The notes under the pieces are model-generated. The model saw only the letters and a list, made by a program, of their open reading frames with translations, was not told the DNA's origin and did not search any database. The position numbers were made by a program, and so were the translations under genes. Positions 25,658 to 39,200 of a DNA stretch of 64,000 nucleotides are shown here, one piece after another. The stretch covers positions 183,520,001 through 183,584,000 of the forward strand of contig OZ024743.1 in the NCBI GenBank assembly GCA_964016885.1, written 5' to 3'. Position 1 is the stretch's first letter; each line of letters starts with the position of its first letter. The DNA comes from Eledone cirrhosa (Eukaryota).

Positions 25658-28600
25658 TGTTTCTACTTTAGGCACAAGGCCAGTAATTTGAAGGGGAGGG
25701 GAACATCAATTAAATTGACCTCAGTGCATTACTGGTGCTTTATTTGATCGACCCCATAAGGATGACAGGCAAAGTTAAGCCCAGTGGGATTTGAACTCTG
25801 GACGTAAATAAAGATAATTCAATGTTGTCAACTTACCATTGTCTTAACAATAGTTGTGTGCCATGTTGGTTTAATTCGTCGTGGCATCGTGGTCAGGCTC
25901 TCCCAGTTTTTATCTATATAGGGAATAATGTCCTAAAAACAACATAGATAAAAACTGACATAACTTAGTAAAATTTTCAACTCTTTATTACTTCTATAAC
26001 TTTAAATGTAATTTCATCTGTTTACATTGATAGGTTGAGATATAAACACAAGATAAGAGTTTAACCCTTTAATGTTCAAACCGGCCAGAATTCTCTACCT
26101 CTTTCTGTTGAAACTGGCTGTAACTGGTCGCTCAAACTGATATTAAGGTATTGTTCTCAAAATAAATACTTCCAAAATCTCATAGATTCAATATTATGTG
26201 AGATAATTATGTGAGGTAAAGCCTTTACCATGAAAATATAATAGTATATATAAAATAATGTGAATGCTAAAGGGTTAACAGACACTTTAGCTAAAATCAC
26301 AGCCATTACAGCTCTCCCCACCACTACCACCATCATAAACAGCAGCAATATAACTGAGAAACAATTTGGAATATCTTACAACACTTATATGTGAATTGTT
26401 CCTAATTATTTGGCTAGGAACAGGAATCGACCGTCATTGCTTTCACTGTTGAGTGTTCCAGTTGTTTAATTAATGGAACAGCCTGCTTATGAAATTAACA
26501 TGTAAGTGGGTGAGCATTCCCTAGATACATGTATCCTTAACATTGTTCTCAGGAAGATTCAGCATGCCAGTGTGTGACACGGCTGACCCTTTGAATTACA
26601 GGTACAGTCCATCTTATATTATAGTGGAAGTGACTGAGCATTCCAAAGACATGAGTACCCTTAACATAGTTCTCAGGGAGATTCAGCATGACAGTCAATC
26701 TGATGAGCTTCCAAACAGTTTCCATCTACCAAATTTCATTGACATGGCATGGGTCACCATGAGACTTTTTCTCACACTTCTTTAGTTCCTTTTGTTCTCT
26801 ATGGAGCAGTGGGCATGGTCACATGCCCTGTCACAGGCAAGGCCCATGCCTGCCAGATATTCCCCTGCAGACCTCAATCAGGTGTGGAGATGTTTGCCTT
26901 TCTTTCTTTGCCCTCCATTTGAGGGAGGCCCTCACATTGATTTCTTCAAGGACATGTGCAACACATGGTCATGTATTTTTCCTCTGTCATACACAGATGG
27001 TATCATCATCATCATTTAACATTACTGTAGATTATTCAGTCAAGCAATCATAGTTCTATTTTAGACTTTTTAAAGAAACTTTTTGTTAATCTGGTTTCAT
27101 GTAATACACAATGTTAAAAGCCAATTTTTAACAAAAAAAAAAAAAAAAGTTTTATTAAATTTTATTTTTAAATGTTTTCATGTGAAACAGCAGATTTTTC
27201 CAGTAGACCCCACCTTAGGGGAGACTGAGTTAGACAATAGTTATATAAAAACAAACTTATTTTACCTTTTTCGAAAACATGAATTTCAGATCCGGATCAG
27301 ATTGGTTTTGAAAAGTTAAATTTGCTACAGCAGTGTAACACATCTGGCTGAAACCTGAATAAGTTCAAGGTTTAAAAGTCAGAGAAAATAGAAAAGGAAT
27401 TATGAAATATTGTTATATTTGGTGACAGTCATGTTGCCGTATTACCAATAAATAAACACATGTATCACAATTTTCACTTTATTATTAGTTCTCTTTTGTC
27501 TTCTCTTCTTTCTGGTCTTAATCTGTTACTTTACTTTGTCTTTTTCAAAAAGGCAAGATTAAGAGCAGAAAGAAGAGGAGGTACAAAAGAGAACAAATAA
27601 TCACTGAAGAGGTCACATAATGTGTAACGAAACAACTTGGATGAACTAAACAAATAACTAATAATATGGGATCAAGTCCATAACACATTCTGACAGCTAG
27701 GGACTTGTGAGTATCTCTAGTGAGTGGAACTCATAAAAGGTTTCTTGGGTGTTTTAATGATAGGAGTCCCAGTTTGATCAAGAAGAGCAATTGTCTTGCT
27801 CTGGAACACAATACATTGCCAGATTTAAGAATTGAACCCATGACCATATGACCATTAAGCTAGTAATCATAAATGAGATTGGTTCATCTAGATGTGTAGT
27901 TCAGTTGTTTAACCCCAAGCCAGTCCTGATCTACCAGACCTATGATTAACTCATTGCAGCTATGTCCATTTTATCTTTCCCTTTTCAGACATAGTGTATC
28001 TTGGACCACATTATTCAATGTGTCAGTCCTTTTTTAAGTAAGAAGGTAGAGTATGGTTTGAGTGAAGTTTGGCAGCTATTTCTAGCAAGTCTAGTAACCA
28101 TGTAAGAGTCTCTCTCTCTCTCTTATTGGTTTTTTATTCCAATATTTAGTCTGTTATATATTTCAATCATTGATATTTGAGTTAAGTTTGGCAGCTATTT
28201 CTAGCAGGTCAAGTAACCATGTAAGAGTCTCTCTCTCTCTCTCTTGTTGGCTTGCTATGCCAATATTTAGTCTGTTAAAGTGATACTGACATCACAAACA
28301 AGGCAACATTTCAATTATAGACATTTGAGTGAAGTTTAGCTGCTATTTCTAGCAGGTCAAGTAACCATGTAAAGTCCTCTTTCTCTTGTTGGTTTGCTAG
28401 TCCAATATTTAGTCTGTTAAAGTCATACTGACATCCCAAATGAAGCAACATTTCAATTATAGACATGCTACAAGGATATCTTTATTTCTTTCACAGCTGT
28501 TCAACAACTGGGTTACAATAAGTGAAGAAGTTTTTTTCTCTTTACTTGTTTTTTTTATGTATTTCTATTCATATCTTCGTTATCTGCAATTCATGATTGC

Positions 28601-31600
28601 TTGGTTTTCCAGTCTTCTGAAGTATGTCACCTTGTTCTCTCAGTAGCATACTTGACTCTTTTAGATGTAGGTCACAATGATTTGTGCTTCTAGGCAGAAT
28701 AATAGGATTGGCTGCCATCCCCACCACCATTGCCTGTTGGCTAGCTTCTTTCTCAGTTATCTGGTACTGGTCTCTCCTACCCCTATTTTCCCAGTCTTTC
28801 CATGCCTGTCTCTTGGCCTTAATGACTATCCACTGTGCTGTTCCTCCACCAGGTCACCCTCTGTTTGGCTGAGTATTTCCATGCCTGTCTCTTGGTTTTA
28901 ATGGTTCCACCATCAGGTCACCTTCTTTCTGGCTGGTGCTTTACTCCAGCCACAAGTCTCATCAGTAGTTTGCAAAAAGTTGTCCCATAGGAATTTCTAT
29001 GCTATATGTACCTAGCTTGACACCCCTCTCATCTACTACATCCTGTAGGGCCTTTCTAAACCTATATTTAACTGAAATGTCCTTTAGCTTTCAAACCTTC
29101 TGTCTCCAAATTTTCCTGCATATCTTATTCTGTCTTGTGTTTATTTTGATGTCACTAATAACTAAATACCGTCTAACCCATGCTAGCGTGGAAGATAGAT
29201 GTTAAACGATGATGATGTTGGGCAGTGCATTCTTCCCTAGGGGAGGGCTTATTCTTTATTGCAGTCCATTTATCTTGTCTTATGAGTAAGTAATCAATTT
29301 AGCTTGTGTGTTCACCTGATTGATATGATATTAGGTGGCTGCAGGCTGGTTTCCTGAAATTTGTCTTGCAAATGGTTTGTTCATTTGTGTCACAGAATTC
29401 TAGGAACATCAATCCCTCTTAATTTCTTAAGCCATAACCATAAGAGCATTTCAGCTAGGTTTTTACAGCTGCTGGATGTCCTTAACACCAACCCATTTAC
29501 AGTGTGAAACTGGGTGGTCCTGTTATGAAGAGGCTCTGGCTAGTTGGCCTCGCCATACCCTGCCCATAACGGATCTGTATTTGGGAGCTGGGTGAACTTG
29601 TTATGAGAAAGTTCTGGCCAGTTGGCCGCGTCGAACCTTGCTCATGGCAGCACCTGTTTTGGAAAGAGGGTGAGTGTGGAAAGCAACGGGTGGTAAGGTT
29701 GTGGAAATGAGAGGCAGTGCAAGGCAATGTCTGTAAAACAACTATGGGAGGTGGTGGATAGGGGGAAATGATAGAGCCATGAAGTTTGCCACTGTTAGTT
29801 GACGAAGAGACATTTAGAAAAACATTGAAATAAACAAATGAAAAATACAGAAAACGGGGGAAAAAGTAATAACTGAGTAATTAACTCACAATATAGGTAT
29901 GGATTAGCCTTATCTTCGATATATATATATTTACATATATGGATTGTTGTTGTTATTCTTCCTCCTCTTTCTTATATTAGATTGTTTTAATTAATTCTTA
30001 ACCTTCTACAATGATTTAGTAGAAAATGTTTAAAACCAAGTTTGCTAATTCAAATGTTTATAGTGTTTTTACTAGTGGGCAGATTGATGTGAACATTGCA
30101 ATATTAGAATAAAAACTTCAGTTTATAATGTGATGTAGTCATGGTAGTGTTCTGTATATTTCATGTCTTGTTAATGATATTTGATATTAAACAGGACATT
30201 AAAAGTTAATAATGAAAGTTTTTTCACAAGGTCTATCCTAATTCTTAACTATTTTCAAAATTAATTGTAACCATATGCAGTGTATTTCATTATGTCACAC
30301 AGTGTATTTCATTATGGTCACACAGAACTTCAAAAGAAATAGTTAAAGCTATAGCAGCTGTAACAATTCAGTCAACATTTTTTAAAGGAGAACTATACCA
30401 AATCTCCCTCAACTCATATTCTATGAACTTCAAAAATGCTCCTTTTGATAATGTAGTCCTTGCTACACAGTACTTGAAAAATAGATGGGGATGGTTAGAA
30501 TGCCTTTGATCATAGGTTTGCTCAGCCATGAATGGCCTGGAGCTAAACAACAACTTTTTTTTAATTTGTTAAAGTCTCTCTCTCTCCCTCAGTCTCAGTG
30601 ACACATGAGGATATCCTTTAACATAACAATTTAACACAGCAATATAAGCTGACTCACACATACCAGATACTGTAACAGATCTGTGTATTAGTATTGCTAT
30701 TGACCAACCCTTGCTGGTCATTAAGTCAGATGATAAATGATGATGATGATGATGATGATGATTGTAACCTAAATATATTATTAGCTATAAATTACTTATA
30801 ATGTCTCAATTTATATTCTCTTCTTTACACTTATAATTCATCTTCTCTGCTTCTTACTTTCACTTACTAAAAAGTCTGAAGTCTGTCTCGAACCTGGAGG
30901 CTTAACAGACTGGTGCTTATCTCGGGTTCTGAGATGCTAAGTGACTGAGAGTACAAGACAGCCCCCCCCCCCCCCCCCCCCCTGGACAGGAAACCATTCC
31001 ATCATAGGGTTAAACCTCCAGCTAATGCTGGTACTCATTTTCAGCTAAGTATACTGGAGCAACATGAAATGAAGTGTTTTGCTCAAGAACACAACACACA
31101 ACCCAGTCCAAGAATCAAACCCACAACATTATGGTCATAGGTCCAACACCCTTACCACTAGGTTACGTGCCTCCACATGTACTTACTCATATGCATAATT
31201 AGTAAATAGATTGTCATCCATTGGTTTTGACAATAAGTATTCCAGTTGTTCAACCAACTATCTCCACATTGAGTTATAGTGTAAGTGGCTGAGTATTCCA
31301 CAGATATCCTCTTAATGTTAATACTCAAGTGAATCATTATGACACTGTAACACTTTTAATGCATATATGGTCTGTCCAACAGGCTGCCCCCTTGTTGATT
31401 ATTATGCTACACACACACATTCATACACATATATCCAAGATAAGGCTATTTCATACCTATATTTTGAATTAATTACTCAGTCATTACTTTCCCCCCAATT
31501 TTCTGTATTTTTTGATACTTTTCATTTGCTTATTTCAAATGTTTATAGTAAAGATACAATAAACATTTGAATTAACCTCTGTGGTGTTGATAAAATGCAC

Positions 31601-34600
31601 TCGGTAGAGCATGGGATTGTATGTAAGTTACATGTGGGCCATTAATCTATTTGAACACTCAGCATAGTGTGGGAATCTATGGTCCACCTGAAAGGGCAAT
31701 AGCTCTGCATAAGTACTGACTCCATTTGTTGACAATCTGTCCAAATGTATGGCCTAAGTGCTGGCTCTGTAGACAAACTGTCGAAATCTATGGTCCACAA
31801 AAGGTCAGTAGCTCTGCATAAGTCCTGACTCTGGCTCTGTAGACAACCTGTCCAAATCTATAGTCCACCAGAGGTCAGTAGCTCAGTGTAAGTGCTGACT
31901 ATGACTGTTGATAACCTGTCTAAATGTATGGGACACCTGTGAGGTCAGTAGCTCTGTGTAAGTACTGACTCCAACTGTAGACAACCTGTTCCAACCTGCT
32001 AGCAGGGTAAGTGGTGGGTGTTAAATAATGATGATGATTAAAAAATAATGAATTCAGGTGACTTTAGTATTAGTGAGAGTTAGTAGACCAACAATGATTT
32101 CTATGAACGTCAGAGAAAATATGTTGTTAGTAGAAGTTCATTTAATAATTAGTATTGAAATAATAACAAACTCCGAGAGAGAGAGAAAGAAAGAAGAGAG
32201 AGAGAGAGAAAGAGATTTACTGTTTTACAGTTCTATTTCATAAATTACCAAAAATATTCCTACTCACTTGCATGTTTTTTGGTAAAACTTTCTCCATTTG
32301 AACTGCACTTCTTTGACTTACAGTAGAAAAGGTAATTTGACATAAAAGGAACACATTTCCTGAAATGAGAAGTAAAGTTATATCACCATACTAGATGAAC
32401 CTGAAGTTGATAGTAAACACTTAACTATATAACGATATCATATTTCCTGTAGATAAAGATGGTATTTAACACATTTTAGACATTAGCAAGCTGTGACAGG
32501 TGGTTTGAAATTTTTCAGCAGGTACCTTTTAGGGCAAATATTTCATCAGATCTACTTTGTAAAATAAATCAAACAATGAGACAATAAAAATTGAATTTTA
32601 ATGTTTTTATTTAAGCATTTACTATATATATATGTAATCTGAGTTTTTTGAATCGTAACTATAATAAAGCAAGGTCTGCGAGATTGCGTCCAGAATATAT
32701 TTTTTTACCCCGTTTGTAAAATAAGTTGGATTACTTTGAATAAATAATGAATGAATATTACATAATTTATATGCTAAATTTCGTGGCTGTTGATTGAATA
32801 TATTTTATAGCTTATTTAAAGATCTTGAAAATTATCAAATGTCAACACTTCCGGTTAGCAGCCGTTATATTATAACACTTATAATCGCATATATTTCTGT
32901 CACTAATTTTCTCCTAATGCAGTTTATATATAATATCGTCTTTTTTTAAATATATCATGGATTACTGATTACAGAAGACAGTGTAACATAGGCTTTGTTC
33001 AATTTCTGTGTATATTGTCAATTACGATTTTATTTGATGTATCATATTTACATGTATATATATTTGTATATGATATCAATATACACACTACACATGCTAG
33101 CAGAAAACCACGCGTGGGGTCGTTTTTCTGCTAGTATTAATAATAATATTTGATTTGTTTGCAATTATGTAAACAGCCTCTTTTAAAGTTCTGTAAACAG
33201 AACTGCAGACACAGTGTCTGGAGTTCTGTTTACATGCCAACACAAGAGCAAGAATGAGGGGCTCATTCTACTGATATGGTGACATGGCTTAAAAGAGGCT
33301 GTTTGCATAATTGCAAACGAATCAAATATTATTATTAATATTCGAAAAACTCAGATTATCATCATCACCGTTTTACGTCCGTTCTTCCACACTAGCATGG
33401 GTTAGACGAGTTGTCCTGTTGTGGGCAGTGTCCAGTTGGCTGACCTTGTCTTACTCATACAAGAACTGATTCTGGTTTGATTTCTACAACTGGATGCCCT
33501 TCCTAACACCAACCTCATTTACAGTGAGTGCTGGGTGCTTTTTTTCCGTGGCACCTCCAGAACCACTTTGCAGTGGGAGGGGGTGGGGGCATATTGTCTA
33601 TATGCTTCAGCTTTGGCTTGTTCCCGTGGGAAGTCGGGTCTTCTGTATTACTGCGTGACGCCAGAGGTCTCGGTCATGTGTCATTGCCCTTGAGAGGTGC
33701 AATTGGGTAAGGTCGGCTTTTATCACCTCATCCCAGGTCTTCTTGGGTCTCCCCACTCCGCGGCTTCCATCGACTTCTAGTGCTCTGCACCTTTTTATGC
33801 AGCTATCATCCTTCATACGCATCACATGTCCATACCAACACAACCTCCTCTCCTGCACACAGCATTTGATTCCTCTTATGCTCAGTCTCTCTCTCAGTTC
33901 GTTTATGCTTTGCCGTTCACGTATATTACTATTACACATCCATCGGAGCATGCAAGCTTCGTTTCTTTCTAATCTGTGCAAGTCTTCTACAGACAGCGCC
34001 CAGGTCTCACTACCATGTAACATTGCTGTTCGTATACACGCATCATACAGTCTGCCTTTCATTTTGAGGGAAAAGCCTTTTGCAGCTAGCAGTGGCAGTA
34101 GCTCCCTGAACTTCTTCCAGCCCGTTCTTACCCTAGTTACTGTACTTTCAGAACACCCACTTCCACTGCTAATTTGGTCACCTAGGTAGCAGAAGCTGTC
34201 TACAGTTTCTACAGAGCCCTCCCAGAGTTTGGTAATGCTTGTTTCCTGTGGTTGTTTGCTGCTACATGTAAAGCCTACATTTCTAACTAAGCTTCCTGAG
34301 ATCCCACATCTCTTGTGTACCCATAGTTTGCATTTGGGGCAGAGGATGGAGTTCCAACCTACACCTTTTCTACATACTAAGGGGACCCGGGTTCTGTTTT
34401 CTCGTCTACTTACAAGAACCTTAGTCTTTGTCTGGTTGACTTTCAGACCTTTTCTTTCTAGTCCCTGCTTCCATGTTTGGAATTTCTTCTCTAGTTCCAC
34501 CATAGATTCAGCTTAAGTGTGAGATCATCCGCATATAGGAGTTCCTATGGGCATCCGGTCTTAAACTCCTCCGTTATTGCCTGCAAAACTATAATGAACA

Positions 34601-36215
34601 AGAGAAGGCTAAGAACAGAGCCCTGGTGGACACCGACCTGTATGCTAAATTCCTCGCTATAGTCATTGCTTACCCTAACTTTGCTGACTGCTCCTCTATA
34701 CATGGCTTGTACAGCTTTCACAAGCCATTCATCTACTCCTAATTTTCTAAGACCTCACCAGATTATAGCACGGGGGACTCTGTCAAAGGCTTTTTCCCTC
34801 TATAGGGTCCGCTTGGGGTATGGTCTCTTTTTACCATGCATTCTCCTCGTTTAGTAATCTTTCATAATGGCTCTTCCACGCAGCTTTCTTGGCACTTGTG
34901 AGGGCAAGCTGACCATTATCATTCCGGATACACTTCTCTCCAATGACATCACAATTCTCTCTGACACACTCCCTCGCAATCTTGAACACCTGTTTCTGGT
35001 CCTCACGTTACAAAACATGCTTGAATTTTCTATCCTCCGCTTGTCTTTTAGCTAAGTATACTTGTCGCCTAGCTTCCCTCCTGGTCTCTATGTAATGTAC
35101 CCTGCTTCCCCCATTCTTCCAATGCCTGTCTCTTAGCCTTAACTACCTCATCTACCTTATTGTTCCACCACCAAGTCACTCTCCTCCTCCCTGTGGACTT
35201 GCTCCAACCACAGATCACGTCCGTCGCCTTTAGTAAGTTATCTTTTAGGAACTCCCAGTGCTCTTCTACATTGAATGTCTCTATCTGTTCTTCTTTACTG
35301 TCATAGGCATTGAGTAGAATATCTTTAAATCTGTTACTGGCTGAGGGGACTTTCAGCTTCCAGATCTTTCTTCTCCAAGTTGCCTTCTGTTTACAAGTTT
35401 GTCTAGTTTTGACAGTGAGGTGCTGACAACTAAGTTATGTTGGGAGGTACATTCCTCACCAGGGAAGGCTTTTGTGTTTACAACCGTCCATCTATCACGC
35501 CCTCTGATGAGGATAGAATCTATCTGACTAGAATGCTCCCCTGATCAGATGATTTTCGGGTTTTTTGAAGTTTGTGTTACATATCGACATGTCATTGGCG
35601 TCGCAGAATTCCAGAAGCCTGAAGCCTTCTTCATTTCTTGTGCCAAACCCGTGGCCTCCATGGACTCTATAGAAGCCGTCATGGTGTTTAGTAACGTGTC
35701 TGTTAAAATCTCCTGCAATGATTAGGAAGGCATTGTCATTTGTTAGGGCAATAGTGTGCATTAGGGACTCATAAAACCTATCCTGAAGTTCGTCTGGCAA
35801 CCCCGATTGGGGTGCGTAAGCTGATATTATTGTGGCAATTGTTTTATTTCAGGACTAGTCCGAGTTTAATGATTCTTGCATTCACCCTGTTCACTGAGAT
35901 TACCTTATCTACCCATTTGTCAGCTAATAGTATACCTACACCTCCCATCCCGTTGTCATTTCCCACCCAGAAAAATTTGTAGCTCTGACTTTTGCCTACG
36001 AGGACTCTAGCGGAGTCTCCTCTCCATCTAGTCTCTTGCACACAGCATACATCAATTTCCTTTCGCTCTAGCATCTCTACAATTTCTCCTGCTCTTCCTT
36101 TCTTTACATTGATGGTTCCAACTCGGAATTTTTGGACATTTGCCATCACTCGTAGGATGGGGTGAATTATTTATTATATTTATTGCATTCAGCCATGTAG
36201 AACGATAACTATTTG

Positions 36216-36250
<35 letters not shown>

Positions 36251-39200
36251 GTTTAGAATAGATACACTGTATTTGTGCATATTGTAAAAAGTGACTGAAA
36301 TGGTTGATGACAAGAAAGATATCCGTTTGTAAAACATTACCTCAGAAAGTCTCGTCCAATTAATGCCAAGAATAATAATTGTTTCTACTTTTGGAACAAG
36401 GCCAGCAATTACCCAGTACATTACTGGTACTTTATTTTATCGACCTCGTAAGGATGAAAGGCAAAGTTAACCTCGGCGGCATTTGAACTCAGATCATAAA
36501 GGGACGTAACTCTATGCTTCAAAGCATGGTGTCCGACTCTCTACCGATACTGCCAATCCACCGCCCTTTACAATGTAAGAATAATAATGGTGATGACACA
36601 CACACACACACACACGTTAACATGCATGAATAATGAAGAAGGGATAAGTTGAGAGGAATCAGATGAAGTGTACAAGGAAGAAAGTTGCACTAGTATGGAT
36701 ATGTGAGGCATATGGATGCTGAAATGTTAAGATTTACCAGTGGAAGGAAGCTGTAGTAGAGGAAAATCAAGGAAAACCTGAGCTGAAGTGATGAGAACTG
36801 ATCTAAAAAGACTGAATATCATGGAGGAGATGATGAAGGGATGCAATGAGTGGAAGGTGCCTCTGCCCGAGAAATCTTCTCCAACCCATGCAAACATGAA
36901 AACAATGTACAGAAAAGGATGACACACACACATAATGTGCACGGATGAAGAAGTGCTATGAAACCTCAGTGGAAGGAAGCTGCAGTAAAGGTAGACCAAG
37001 GAAGACTTAGGCAGAAGTGGTGAGAGATGATCTCAAATCGCTGAAACCCACAAAGGAGATGACGAAGGAATGCAATATGTGGATAGATACTGTGCTGAAA
37101 AGGACCTGTTCAACCCATGCAGGTGTCAAAACAAAAAGCACCCAGTCCACACTGTAAATGTGGTTGGCATTAGGAAGGGCATCCAGCTCTAGAAACTAGG
37201 CCCAAAACAGTTCTGTATGAGCAAGACACGGTCATTTGATATGTATCACAATGGGACAACTCGTCTAACCTATGCTAGCATAGAAAATGGATGTAAAACG
37301 TTGATGATGGTGATTTATGTTACAGGACAAGAAGGATTATAGAAATATGTTGTTGTGTTGATCTGATTAAACAAAGTTAATATGGATAAAAGTAGTGATG
37401 ATGATGATGAACAAACAACATATTTATATATTTAATCAATTTAAATGTCTGTATAGAGCTAGTAAGCCATGACAGTCTAGGGGAAGATATACAGAGATAG
37501 GGGAATATAAAATTAAAATTAAAATTAAAATTAAAATTAAAATTAAAATTAAAATTAAAATTAAAATTAAAATTAAAAAAGAAAATTAAATATGGAAGGC
37601 CAATGGCAGGCAAAATAAGCATAAAAAAAGATAAAGAAATAAAATAGGCAGCAAGGGAAGCTGTAAAGTAGCTAGAAGGTTCTATTGATGAATTGTTTTT
37701 ATATATTATTACCGTGTAGGCAACACGGTAAAAACCTCCCAGACCCACACTGTAAATGTGGTTGGTGTTAGGAAGGGCATCCAACTGTAGAAAACCTGCC
37801 AGACAGTCCTATGCGAGCAAGACAATCACTCTTGCCTCAAGTGGGACTACCCCCGTCCAAACCCATGCAAGCGTGGAACACGGACGTTAAACGTTGATGA
37901 TGATGATGATGATATTATACATTCCTAATTATAATTATCATTAACATTACAGCTCACAAACATCTCTCATTTATATATTTATTTCAATGTTGGTGAAAGG
38001 TGTGACATTCCTAACTTTCCAGTTACTTTTGGCAACATGCCAAATAGACAGAGGTGAATGTGAGGATACATAATGATGTTAATCATAATCAATAATCATT
38101 GAACAATGATAATGCTGATTTATTTTTAGTAGGTAGAATGTGGAATTAGGGAAGAGAGAGGAGGGAGCATGTAGAACTGGTTTTAATGTTCATCGACCTT
38201 GGAAGATTAAATGTGAAAGTGACACTGGAGAGCTTTTTTTCTGTTTTTGTTTAATGGTTTGGTCAATAGAGAAAGGGTAGACTTGGGTGGGGAAAAGAGA
38301 GGAAGTAACTATAACCCTTGGGAAGTTCTGATAAGTTCTGAATGCTTACAACAGAATGGTCTGAGCCAAAGTCATTCAAGGACTATTTATTTAGTATTTA
38401 ATCCAGTTTATGACCCACAAAGTGGTAAAGTCTGCCAGTGTCACACAGTTTCATTGACAAGACTTAGATCAACCGAAGGATTTATTAGAAGACAGCTGTC
38501 CAAGTTACTGCCATGGGGTGTTAAACCTCAAAATGTGATTGTGAAGTAAACTTCTTAACACAGCAATGGCTGTATTTGCAAATTTAAAAACAAAACGGTG
38601 AATACACACAGTTGATCTCAAGAAACTGAGCCTCATAAAGGAGATGACAGTCTGTTCAGCCCATGACAGCAAGGAAAATGGATGAATTATGATGATGAAT
38701 GTAGTGTCAAAACCAGTATTTCTTTCAGTCTTTTGCTTTCTGAGTTCATCTATAATGACATTACTGCCAACTTGTAGCAACCCTTGGACAGCATTGGTGG
38801 CATAGAGAAAGGAAAGCTGTATGCATGATTGACTGTTGGTTGACAAAATGTCTTGCCCAGGTCTATGACTTGGAGAGGAACTTTCTAGGTACAGATCCAT
38901 GGTTTCATGAGAAATATGGAGGCCCTGGATATATGTTTATATTGTAATTATATATGACAATGGAATGAATCAATGTAGTAGGACAGAAGACAAATCACAC
39001 ATACCCTACTGGAGATTTGACACAGTCAATATGGAACCACTTATAGCAACCACTGCATTGAAATTCAACTGTTCCAAGCTTTCGTCCTTGTTTACTGAAA
39101 TAAAATAAACAGATATTCACTTATAGAGAATAGAACAGATACTATTTATTGATTTCAAAGCACACATGAAAATAAATATATAATTCAAAATTCATAAAAA

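Noticed and set aside
28560-29400. Possible old minus-strand LINE remnant (shares GCTTGTGTGTTCACCTGATT with about 11535)
   Set aside because: Too degraded to assign boundaries or family by eye.
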